Source: Lingula anatina
Lineage: Eukaryota > Animalia > Brachiopoda
Reading direction: 5' to 3'
NCBI GenBank assembly: GCA_051362555.1
Contig: CM120640.1
Coordinates: forward strand, 8,308,001 to 8,372,000
Length of the DNA stretch: 64,000 nucleotides
How positions within the stretch are numbered: position 1 is the stretch's first letter; the number at the start of each line of letters is the position of its first letter. The notes below the pieces were generated by a model. The model saw only the letters and a list, made by a program, of their open reading frames with translations, was not told the DNA's origin and did not search any database. Of this stretch, positions 14,147-24,180 are shown piece by piece. The position numbers were made by a program, and so were the translations under genes.

Positions 14147-14617
14147 AGTTAGTACATAGAACAAGTGGTGTTGATAATTTATTAAATATATGAATACTGA
14201 TGACCAAAAGAAATTGATTGACTTGATTTTTGAGAGACCAGTGAAACATGAAATATTTAGTGTGAAACAGTGCTTATAATCTAAGCAGGAGACACTTCTT
14301 GATTTCATCAACCAAAACTATATTCAAGAAATACACTTTTTTATTCATAGCCAGTAAAAGCGCTAGGAGTTTGTTTTTTTTTTAATCTACAGACATTTTA
14401 TAAGTTGCAAGACATCAAATTTACCCAAGTTGAGTTGAAGCAATCAAGTGCATAACAATGTAAGCATGCTGATTATACTGTGATGGAATTAAAAGGAATT
14501 CAATAACATGTTTGTATATACATAAAAAAATATCTTTCTACATTTTCTTTTCATTGTTCAAAGAATGATTTAAATCTTGGTCACGTAGGAAATACATTTA
14601 CAAAACACGGTACAATC

Positions 14618-16981
14618 TTAAACTGCTTCCTCTGTCACCGTTCCTCTTTGTTTGAAAGTTTCCTTTTTGTGATAAAGAACCAGCTGAAGTTTCTTCCAAA
14701 ATATATCGATTTTTCTTTGTCCTTCATCGTTGGGCCATTTAAGATGAGTTACGTGTTTCTTGAGACGTCGCAAGTTTTTTGGTAAATCTTTATCTGGAAT
14801 ATGCTCAAGGTAAATAAGAATGACGACGTTTTTGCGCTCATCCAACATCTTGCTTATTGCCGTGTTTAGTTCGAAGTTACACCACTCGCTTTTGACGAAA
14901 TTCCTTGTTATTACAAACAAACAACATTTGCTTTTTTCCATACCTTGTATAAGGTTATCAATTATGAAATTTCCTGGAATCAAGTCTCTATTGTCGAGAC
15001 ACAGTTGGAAACGTGCTTCACTTTCTTCTAAATTCCTCACCAGCGTGCCAACCACCCAATCCTCATCTTTGCTGCTGTACGAAACGAAAGCATCAAATTC
15101 TCCGTCTATGGGTATGTAGCCTTGTGTTTTTTTAGGCCTTACTTTAAACTGCCACCAAAAACGAATGTCCCAACGATAAAATGTTATAACGGCAGTAAAA
15201 ATCAGCAAAACTAATGTCCCCAAAGCGTAGAGCAGTACTTGCAATCCAATTTTACACTCGAGGAAACCGGGCGAGTAGTCCCCAACTTTCACTGCAGACA
15301 GCTTGCTTGGTGAGAAACAAGGCTGGTCTTCCCCAGATATTTGAATTGATGTGTGTTTTAACCAACCTACAAATCTTACAAGATGGCAGTCACATGAAAA
15401 TCTATTATTATTAAAAAGAAACGTGGCCAGCTTAGGAATATACTTATAGAAAATGTCGCCATCAATTTCCACAAGTTTGTTATCGGATAAATCCAGTGTT
15501 CGCAGGTTTTGTAAAGGCTTAAAAGTTCCAGGTGTCACTTTGGTCAAGCCGGTATACGTCATATTCAAAACTTTCAAATTAATCAAAGGATTGAATAGAG
15601 TTTCTAGGTCCACTCCTTCGAGCTCTTTGCCTGCTAAATTTAGGCTTTCTAGAGACACCATGCCAGTAAAGAAATTGTTCCCATCGGGCCTTGTTAGAGA
15701 AATTGTGTTGTCACAAAAATGTAATATTTTAAGCCTTGTTAAATTTCTAATATCCACTGTAACTGATTCTGGAAATCTAGTCTTACACATGTTAAGTTCC
15801 TCCAGTGAAGTAATACCAGTGAAAGATACGCGAGTCCCATTCTGCATTAGAAATCTAGTCCCTGTCAGTGTCAGGATCTTTAAATGCTCGTGCTTTAAAT
15901 CTTGTCCCCACTTAGCACCCATCAGAACATTTCCAAACTTCACTTCTAACTGTTTCAGCCATGTTGCTGTTAGTAAATAGTATGGTAAAACAACTGGTGA
16001 CCAATTATTTAGTGATACATTAACGAAATGTAATTTGTTTTGTGTTGGGAATGCACCGGCTGTTAAGAGGTTATTGCCGTTTAGGGTTAGATTCCTTAAG
16101 GAAGGTAATGCGGAAACAACGGTTCTCAGATCGGCAGCCAGTCCAAAATCACCGTTTGCAACCTCCAGTGTCTCCAGTGAAGAGTGTCTCAGATGTAGAA
16201 TGTAACTGTCAAGCATTTCGTACCGCTCGCTTGCCTTCAAGCATTGGCTAATACGCAACTGACGGAGGGTTTTGTTTCCTAAACTATAAAAGAGATTACT
16301 CATGGCCTGGGGGCCAATCGCCACATCCACCAAATCAAAAGATTCGAAGTTAGTTATAAACTTGAAGGTTTCATTACTGAATTCTACGACATACAAACTT
16401 TGGTGGAAGCGCAAACGAAGGAAGTCAACATCTGAAAAAGTCCTAAGAGCATTCGGTCCAAAATATCGGATCGGGTTTCTACTGAGATTAATAGTGAAGT
16501 GTGTGGCCGTTTTAATCTGCCGACTATGTTTTTCGTCTTCCACGCTGTCAACCATGCACCCAGTAAGATCCATATATTTCAAATAATTTGACTGAACCAA
16601 CTGGTAAGGGATGCGGTATATTCTTCCACTGTAGAGCAAGTGCACTTCCTCTAGAAAGGGCAGTTTTGGAACATCCTGGTGAATGCTTGTGTTACAAAGG
16701 TAAAAGTATATGTATCGAAGCGAATCTTCCGAACCTCTGAAAGACTCCGGCGTTATCCTGATGCCATGAGGAATGTACGGCCTGCAATATATAAGAACAC
16801 GCTTTGTCCCAGCAGGAAGAGTGGGCACAGTCTCATTGTAAAGAGCTGGATTGAAACTGAGACATTTCACCTGTGAGTTTTGACAATTACAGTGTTTTGG
16901 ACAATGATCGCCGTATGCACTGGCAACGCAAACAACAGTGGCAGCAACACAATACATGGTAGCAAGCTTCGCGAAATGCAT
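14618..16981 (-). CDS. Toll-like receptor (signal peptide, LRRs, single LRR-CT, TM, TIR), single coding exon, 787 aa
   Basis: Uninterrupted ORF with LRR-NT (CPKHCNCQ..VKC), LxxLxLxxN repeats, LRR-CT (NNRFSCDCHL..W..C..P), TM helix (LQVLLYALGTLVLLIFTAVITF) and TIR boxes (FDAFVSYS, CLDNRDLIPG, SEWCNFE, FWKKL). Orthology to a numbered TLR cannot be assigned. Confidence 0.96.
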   Translation of the reverse strand: MHFAKLATMYCVAATVVCVASAYGDHCPKHCNCQNSQVKCLSFNPALYNETVPTLPAGTKRVLIYCRPYIPHGIRITPESFRGSEDSLRYIYFYLCNTSIHQDVPKLPFLEEVHLLYSGRIYRIPYQLVQSNYLKYMDLTGCMVDSVEDEKHSRQIKTATHFTINLSRNPIRYFGPNALRTFSDVDFLRLRFHQSLYVVEFSNETFKFITNFESFDLVDVAIGPQAMSNLFYSLGNKTLRQLRISQCLKASERYEMLDSYILHLRHSSLETLEVANGDFGLAADLRTVVSALPSLRNLTLNGNNLLTAGAFPTQNKLHFVNVSLNNWSPVVLPYYLLTATWLKQLEVKFGNVLMGAKWGQDLKHEHLKILTLTGTRFLMQNGTRVSFTGITSLEELNMCKTRFPESVTVDIRNLTRLKILHFCDNTISLTRPDGNNFFTGMVSLESLNLAGKELEGVDLETLFNPLINLKVLNMTYTGLTKVTPGTFKPLQNLRTLDLSDNKLVEIDGDIFYKYIPKLATFLFNNNRFSCDCHLVRFVGWLKHTSIQISGEDQPCFSPSKLSAVKVGDYSPGFLECKIGLQVLLYALGTLVLLIFTAVITFYRWDIRFWWQFKVRPKKTQGYIPIDGEFDAFVSYSSKDEDWVVGTLVRNLEESEARFQLCLDNRDLIPGNFIIDNLIQGMEKSKCCLFVITRNFVKSEWCNFELNTAISKMLDERKNVVILIYLEHIPDKDLPKNLRRLKKHVTHLKWPNDEGQRKIDIFWKKLQLVLYHKKETFKQRGTVTEEAV

Positions 16982-17057
16982 AATGTAGTCCTTCAGTTTT
17001 TCTTTTCTCGCGGCAGCTCCAAACCTTGGTGAAATGTCAATGATAAAAATTTCTCCT

Positions 17058-17121
17058 CTGCTTTTAAATGGTTATTGAGGAAGTGAACTGACCGACTGAC
17101 TTATGCTTCGTTTCGATTTCC
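17058..17121 (-). promoter_or_regulatory. Candidate TLR proximal promoter with IRF/ISRE-like and ETS-IRF-like motifs
   Basis: GGAAATCGAAACGAAG on - (17121-17106) matches GAAANNGAAA. GAGGAAGTGAAC on + (17077-17088) resembles an ETS/IRF composite site. TTTAAAA TATA-like element on - at about 17062-17068. Motif match only. Confidence 0.4.
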
Positions 17122-17618
17122 ATTTTGAGGGACGCGTGGTCATCACGAAATGGTGAGTAACAACAGCCATAATTATATATAACAAACAAGAAGCTACCTA
17201 AAAGATAAGTGTCTTCATGAATCATAGCTAAATTTAGCACGTCATTACAGCGTTATTTAATTTTCCTTTGGGATAGAGTGTGTACCACTAAAAATAACGC
17301 CGATATTTGTATTCCTTCCCAATGACTATATGTATGTATAAACTGTTGCACTCCCGTTCCATACATTAACCGCAAATGTCAAAATATCTATAACACACTT
17401 GTAATTCTAAAGTTCGAGTAATATCTAGCTCGCAACGCACTTGAAGACTTGTCATTAAAAACGAAAAAAGAAAGGAATCGAAAGCGACATGCTTCCTGAT
17501 TTAAAGTCATTATCCGAATGAACCTATCTCCGCCTTTGTAGAATCACGTCATCGCAGGCAGTGAAGCATAAGAAATATAATACTACCATTAGTTTAAGTC
17601 TTCAACATATGGATTATC

Positions 17619-17650
<32 letters not shown>

Positions 17651-17889
17651 GGGGGGGGGGGGGGGGTCTCAATTTTCTATTTCTGTAATATGAAACGGAT
17701 ATATTTTTCTTCCTTATGATACTATCCTATGGCAGGTGAGACATATTACCAAAACCAGCTGTCACTAGAGAATTTTTCTATAGCAGGATGAGAAATTATA
17801 GTTTCACATAATACCAATATGGCTGGAGGAAACGATGTTTAGGCCCACTTTAACCACAAGGACTATCACAAAACGTAAAGAGATCTTTT

Positions 17890-18650
17890 TTTTTTTTTTT
17901 GCATCAAAGATAAGATGCCTTGCTTTCTAAAATGCTGAATACAATTGCTTTTCTTGCTTTCTTTGCTGCATACCTTTTGGTTTCTGTGAAAGAGCCAGTT
18001 CTTGAAAAAAAATCTGCTAAATGCTTGAAAAAAATGCTTAAAAACCATCATTATTTTCGATTTTCAACATCAATTGCTACTTACTTCTAAATCTGACGTT
18101 AGGTTGAAAAGCAAATAAGTTCAAATTGCAAATTTTCTTTTGAGTCCTCAAGGAGAACAGTATCATCTGCATACAGTATAATCATTATTTTCATAAATGT
18201 TTGTAGCTCAGATTCGAGGTCATCCGATTCATTTGATAAGCCTGTAACATCTCTTTGCATTAAAAAATTTCAAAGTCACTTTAACTGCTGAAAATAGAAA
18301 AGGGGAAAAGTTTTTACCTTGTCCACTTCTTATTCTGCGCGGGAAGTATTCCGATAATTAACCATTTAGTAAAAATTTAGATATGCAGTCATTATACATA
18401 TTTGCAATTATGACGGTCAGACATTTTCTATTTCCATAATAATTCATTAGTCTCTACCATAGAGCCCCCTTCTCCGTATTTTATCGGAGCTATTATCTAA
18501 TGTATTTTTATAGCATTTTTCTGCTTTTCTAAGTTTACTTTTGAAAATATTTGAACCATACTTTCATGAGTAATCTTTTTGCTCTTCTGCATTGTTTTTC
18601 AGCCTCTAAGCATTATTGTCAAACAAATCTTTCTTTTTATTGTTGGGGGT
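17890..18650 (-). mobile_element. Old degraded LINE reverse-transcriptase fragment (CR1/L2-like), copy 1
   Basis: Minus-strand reading through stops and frameshifts gives ALW*RLMNY..NMYN..LLNG*LSEYFP..GQGKNFSPFLFS..IMIILYADDTVLLEDSKENLQ..FSRTGSF..KARKAIVFSIL. YADD is at 18173-18162. Confidence 0.8.
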
Positions 18651-19489
18651 ACCAGCAGGATATGAGAGCGCGCTTGAAATGATTTTTCTAATTTAATTAC
18701 ATAAATTACATAAATTGGGGCAACTGAACAATTCAAACCACTTCTACCTTTGTGCAGTTATTTCGTAATACAAATACAATCAAATGTTAGCACATGATGC
18801 AACTATATTCACTTTCAATATAATAAGATACCATAAAGCAACTTAAACTAACCTGCATTCAATGAAGAGTTCCTAATAAAGTGAATACATGCAGCTTTAA
18901 AAAGATCTAGAAAGTATTAATTTGTTCAACGCTATATTTTCATTCAGTTAATTGCAAATCTGCGCACAAAAACTGTTAATGCCATACACTGCTATATATA
19001 CTTGTACATCATGCCAGAAGTTCAACCAAGGTTTCATACGGTTGAAAAGATTTTAGTGAAGTTGTATCCCGGAGAAACATCAATGTGGTTTAACTGCTCA
19101 TTTTATCTAGGAAGTTCAAGTAGTTGGTAGTTCTAATAATAGTTGTGTACAGGTATTCCTTCTCAGTCCCTTTATTTACATTTAAATTCCTTTTTACTAC
19201 TTAGTTACCTCATCGTAACATCTTGAAGACATTGGTCGTCTTGAAAATCTACTGATTCGTTTATTGATTTTTATATGTATTGGGAATTTTATCCTTCATG
19301 TGCGGACACATTCATAAAATACAGCGATCTGTAGGAGTTTTTTGGCATACCCCGTTCACGTTCACCCCGCCCCGACTCGAACAGTGTGGACGGGGCATTA
19401 GCCAGTCTCTAATTAGATATGTAAATCAAATTTAAAACCGAAAATTATTAAACAATAAAAAATTTTATGGGTCATTGGTAACAGGTTGT

Positions 19490-19860
19490 CTGCTTAGCGG
19501 TTTGAATGCAGATAATTTGAAGATATCTCTTATCTCATTGTGACAGCATGATAGCGCATGGATGAGATTGCAATTTCAAATAAATAAATGTATATAGCTA
19601 GGCTACTAGTAGCACAGACACAAAAATTGCAAACGTGGCGCGACGTTCTTGTAGATTTTATGTTTCGTGGTTTTTATGCTTAGTGGTTTGAATGCAGATA
19701 TTTTGAAGATAGCTCTTATCTCATTTGATAGCATGATAGTGCACGGATGAGACTGCAATTTCAAATAAATATATACATGTGGATACTAGTAGCACAAACA
19801 CAAAAGTTGCAAACATGTTGCGCGAAGATCTTTTAGATATTATGTTTGGCTGTAGTCACA
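19490..19860 (+). repeat. Local ~187-bp tandem duplication of the FAAH copy-1 proximal promoter and first codons
   Basis: tgcttag.ggtttgaatgcagata...tactagtagcaca..caaaa.ttgcaaac occurs at about 19491 and 19677, but only once in unit 2 (about 36850-37030). Confidence 0.85.
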
Positions 19861-21092
19861 CAGCGCTTCTCATTGGTTCAACAGTGATTGCCTTGGCAAC
19901 AATCCTTTTTATAAAAAGCAATGCCAGGAGAAAAAGAGTGAGAAGCAATCGATGCAAAGTGGCGAAGCAGTGCGTCAAATATAAGAAAACTATATCGACA
20001 GTAGCTGAAAGAATAACGGAGAAAAAAGTAGGTATATATTTCAATTCTTGATTTTTTTCATCAATTATTTGTTGATAAAGTGAGATACACAATTTAATTA
20101 TGAAGATATAAAATAGAAACAGAACATAACATATTTTTTTAATTCTAATAAAGCAATATAACAAAAATAATTCATCAGATAATTAAAATGCAATGAATAA
20201 GTACGTTATGTAGCTAGGTTTCACTCCAATTATTTGACTTCATTTTTATTTTAAGAGTCTTTTGATCTGGCACATGATCTATATTTAATTTTTTTTATTT
20301 TCATAGTTTTCCCCAGAGCAGGTAGATTCGATTACTGAGTTATCATTATCAGAGCTTGTCGCCAGTTTGAAGAACGGTCGCCTAAAAGCAGTGGACGTGT
20401 TAAATGCATATCAATCAAAGGTGTGTGATAGAGTATGATATTATCTTATTTGACATAATTCGGAATCGTTTTACGCTCCTATTGTCAGGGAGCCTTATGT
20501 TGTGTCAGGTACCCCTTACATGTTTGTAATGTATTTTTGAATACTTCCGTATTGGTACAGACATGGTCTTATTTGCTGTGTTTTATTGCCTTTTGATTTT
20601 TGAAGCCAGTTGAATTAGACACTTCCTAGAAGGATGTGGAGATGGTAAGGTGACCTCTAATATATTAAAGCAATGTTGAGTTACCGTTAATTTGAATAAA
20701 TAATGTCACTGTAGTGCCAGTATAAAGCTATGTTCGTGACTGCGCTTTTGAGAAAAGAACTGTGTTTTTTGGGGAGAAAATTACTTTTTTTTTTTTGGGG
20801 GGGGGGGGGGGGGGGAGATCTGTGCTACAAGTCTTTGAGACACGACAATTGTGGTACATGCTGTGTGCCTAAATTTATTGTTATGTTATAATTAAAAACT
20901 TAACATGAGTTATTTTGTCTATATGTGTTTACTAGCGTATAGGTAGACACCAAACCTTGGACGTATTTAACTTCTATCTTCAACTTCTATCGTGATCGAC
21001 TGGAGAAACCTGGTATTACGTAAAGTCGAAGCTGATCAGGATGATACCCGACCTTATGCAATCTCAGTTAGATCAGCCCATTGTATCATATA

Positions 21093-22580
21093 CAACATTG
21101 GTCAAAAAGGTTGTCCCACCCCCATTTCCATGTACTTTTATTTACAAATGATCACCTCACAGCTGTAAATTGTTAGAAATAGTGCTTTTTATTACAGATA
21201 CCGTGTCTAACACAATTAATGGTTTAAAAAAATACAAAATAGTGGTGAAAATATACACATTTTATACCATTTAGTAAAATTTATAAGAGGTACCCCCTCA
21301 AATCTACTGTTTCACTGTGACTTCTACAGATGTAAAGAAATGTCTATTAAATTGAAAAGACGCCATCAAATTTCACCAAATTCACAATATTAGCATTAGG
21401 GTGTGCTCGTTAACGATCACGTGCCTAACAGCGTGTGCGTCTACCGCATACTGCAATTATCTCCTGTAGACGGCGCGACAAGCCTTCAACACGGGTAACA
21501 ATTCTGTTTTGTGGGAGAGAGGTGTGAGCAAGTGTGCAGTCATGATAAAGCCTGGAGTTGACCCCAAAGTCAGTTTTTGAAGATGGAATGAGATATCAGC
21601 TGAGAATGCTACGTTTAGTGATCTCACAGGCACCTGAACCTGGCCATCCATCACTGGAAGGAAGTCGGGCTTGATGCAGAATCAAATTATTTCTTGTATC
21701 CCATCGATGGTCATAGAGGGTCCATAGCCATTTTAAAAATGCCTCTTGGAAGGGTGTGTGTAGGATAATATCGCCTGAGGTGTTAGATAAGTCCACATTT
21801 GGAGAACATTCCAAGCCCATGGTATTAGTACATGTACATTGTTCCTTTTGGAACAAAACGTAACAGGGGCATTTTAATGTAACATTCTCAACAGAAATCT
21901 CACTCCATTTGCAAGAGGTGACTTCAGGGATGCTACTGGCTTCATTATGACAATGTACTTGCTCACAGCTCTCACCTGGCAAGCGATTTGTTGCAGAAAC
22001 ACAGGGCTCTGAGGATGGGACAACCGTCTTTGAACCCTGATATTAATCCTACTGAGCACCTGTGGCATGAATTAGAATGTGCATTGCAGAGGAGAACCAA
22101 TTCCCAAATAATCTTGATCAATTCCGCCATGCTCTTTAGGATGAATGTGACAATATCCCACATAACAGAATTATTTTTCGTGTTGAAGGCTTGTTGCGCC
22201 GTCTACAGGAGATAATTGCAGTACGCGGTAGAAGCACACGCTGTTAGGCACGTGATCGTTAACGAGCACACCCTAATGCTAATTGTGTGTGAATTTGGTG
22301 ACATTTGATGGCCTCTTTTCAATTTAATAGACATTTCTTTACATCTGTAGAAGTCACAGTGAAACAGTGGATTTGAGGGGGTACCTCTTAAAAATTTTAC
22401 TGAATGGTATAAAATGTGTATATTTTCACCACTATTTTGTATTTTTTTAACCATTAATCATGTTAGACACGGTATCTGTGATAAAAAGCACTATTTCTAA
22501 CAATTTACAGCTGTGAGGTGATCATTTGTAAATAAAAGTACATGGAAATGGGGGTGGGACAACCTTTTTGACCAATGTTG
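21093..22580. mobile_element. Non-autonomous Tc1 (DD34E)-derived foldback element with ~400-bp inverted arms, FAAH copy 1 intron 2
   Basis: TA|CAACATTGGTCAAAAAGGTTGTCCCACCCCC ... GGGGGTGGGACAACCTTTTTGACCAATGTTG|TA, i.e. a TA TSD. Internal remnant [26 protein letters not shown] has 34 residues between D and E and resembles the Tc1 DNxxxH..SPDLNPIE motif. Confidence 0.9.
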
Positions 22581-23098
22581 TATAATATTTACTATGACAT
22601 TAACAGAATTAAACTACTTACAATTTGCATTATTAATTACCCCTTCTATTATAGGCAATAGAACAAAATAAGCAGTATAATTTCATCACAACATTTTTGG
22701 AAGAAGCTGAGGTATGCTAGTACATATTTATATCATTCAATTGGCATTTAAGGAGGATGTTACAAATGTGACAGAACAAGGAACTTCATGTAATTCCTTT
22801 GATAACAATTGGATTCAAAAGAGAAACCATGATTTGGTTTGTTAATTTAGTTTATTGCAATTTCCAATGCAACAATTTTAGATCTTCATCAGACCTAGAT
22901 CTTATCAGTTTGTTAAAAAAAATTTAAGTCTTTCAGATTTAAATCAATGCCATGTTTTTGATAATATGTTTTTTCTTTCCATTTTATACAGGATGCAGCA
23001 TTAGCCCTAGATGAATCTGACAAACCAAAAGGGATGTTACATGGAGTGCCTGTTTCTTTAAAAGATTTCTTTACTGTGAAGGTATATGTCTTACTTCA

Positions 23099-23653
23099 CA
23101 GGGGCGGATCCAGGATTATTTGAAGGAGGGGGGGTCTGTGGATGCGAAGCCAACCCTCCCTCCCCCTTGACGTAGGGTGCGGTGCAGTTTTTTTAAGATT
23201 GAGAACTTTGATTTAGCTAGTCAAAACTCTAATTTCAAGAGGGAACTATTGGTGTGATTTTTTTCAGAAATAGGGGGTTTCAGGACCCCCCTGACACCCC
23301 CTTAATCTGCCACTTTGAATTATATTTAATATTATTTTGATATTAATATTAATTTAATTATATTATTAATTATAGAGATTTGAAAAGTGGTTTTACATAT
23401 TTTGATTCAGTAAAATTTAATTTTCATGATAGTTTCACAGTGGCAGATTTAGGGGGGGGGGAGGGGATCCTGACACCCCCTTCGATTTCTGACTAGTTGA
23501 ATTTTGACTAGCTGAATCTTAGTTCTAAACCGTGCCAAATGGCACTGTTTGCCCTCTAAAATAGAATATTTCGGGTACCTTCAGCAAGGGGGGGGGGGGG
23601 GTCTGCTTTGCATCTGCAGTCCCCCCCTTCAAATAAACTTGGATCCGCCCCTG
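23099..23653. mobile_element. Two ~215-bp hAT-like MITE copies in inverted orientation around an AT-rich spacer (also in unit 2 at about 42792-43401)
   Basis: CAGGGGCGGATCCAGG...CCTTAATCTGCCACT (23099-23314) and CAGTGGCAGATTTAGG...CTTGGATCCGCCCCTG (about 23437-23653) are reverse complements of each other. No clean TSD seen. Confidence 0.65.
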
Positions 23654-23932
23654 GATTCACTTCAGAAATGCTTTTCATGGCATTTGATTTGAAGAGGTTA
23701 ATAAATATGATATCACTTAAAAGTTACTAAGAAGTAGATAGTTAAACTACAAACTGTTCTACCTTCTTGTATAAAATGTGCATTTTACCATATAACATTC
23801 TATAAATTTTATGTAGGGCTATGACACCACCCTTGGCATGGCCAGGTATGTTGACAGCCCATGGGCAGAAGATTGTGTGGTTGTCAAGGTACCATTTCTA
23901 TACGGTGATGACTGTCAAAGATACTTATCTAT

Positions 23933-24180
23933 GGGACTATTCCCACAGATATTTGGATCGATCTATCTCCCTGGGGAGTCTCACTAAATAGCTATCAAAC
24001 TATAACCAGCGTAAACGTCTGTCACGCCTAGTAAAACTGTTAGTAGTAATTATCTTTACCCCTAGCTGATTCGGTAGGTGTGACAGACATTTAAGCCTCT
24101 TGAGCTGACAGCAATTTAGCGTGAACCCCCAGGGAGTTAGGTTGATCCAGCTGGATTGATCTAAGCATGGGAACCCAGTC
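23933..24180. mobile_element. Palindromic MITE family member (related copies at about 43681-43926 and 50208-50439)
   Basis: Ends gggactattccca and tgggaacccagtc, with the internal inverted pair gtctgtcac.cct and aggtgtgacagac. A diverged copy outside the duplication at about 50208-50439 ends in the same tgggaacccagtc. Confidence 0.55.

Noticed and set aside
7778-16876. Antisense ORFs overlapping BRD10 and TLR (e.g. 7778-8467, 15453-15980)
   Set aside because: Shadows of coding sequence on the opposite strand with no independent motifs.
17622-17666. Poly-T followed by poly-G (also about 20785, 37968, 40313) and other long G runs as functional G-quadruplexes
   Set aside because: Run lengths vary freely between paralogous copies, consistent with unstable homopolymers or sequencing noise.
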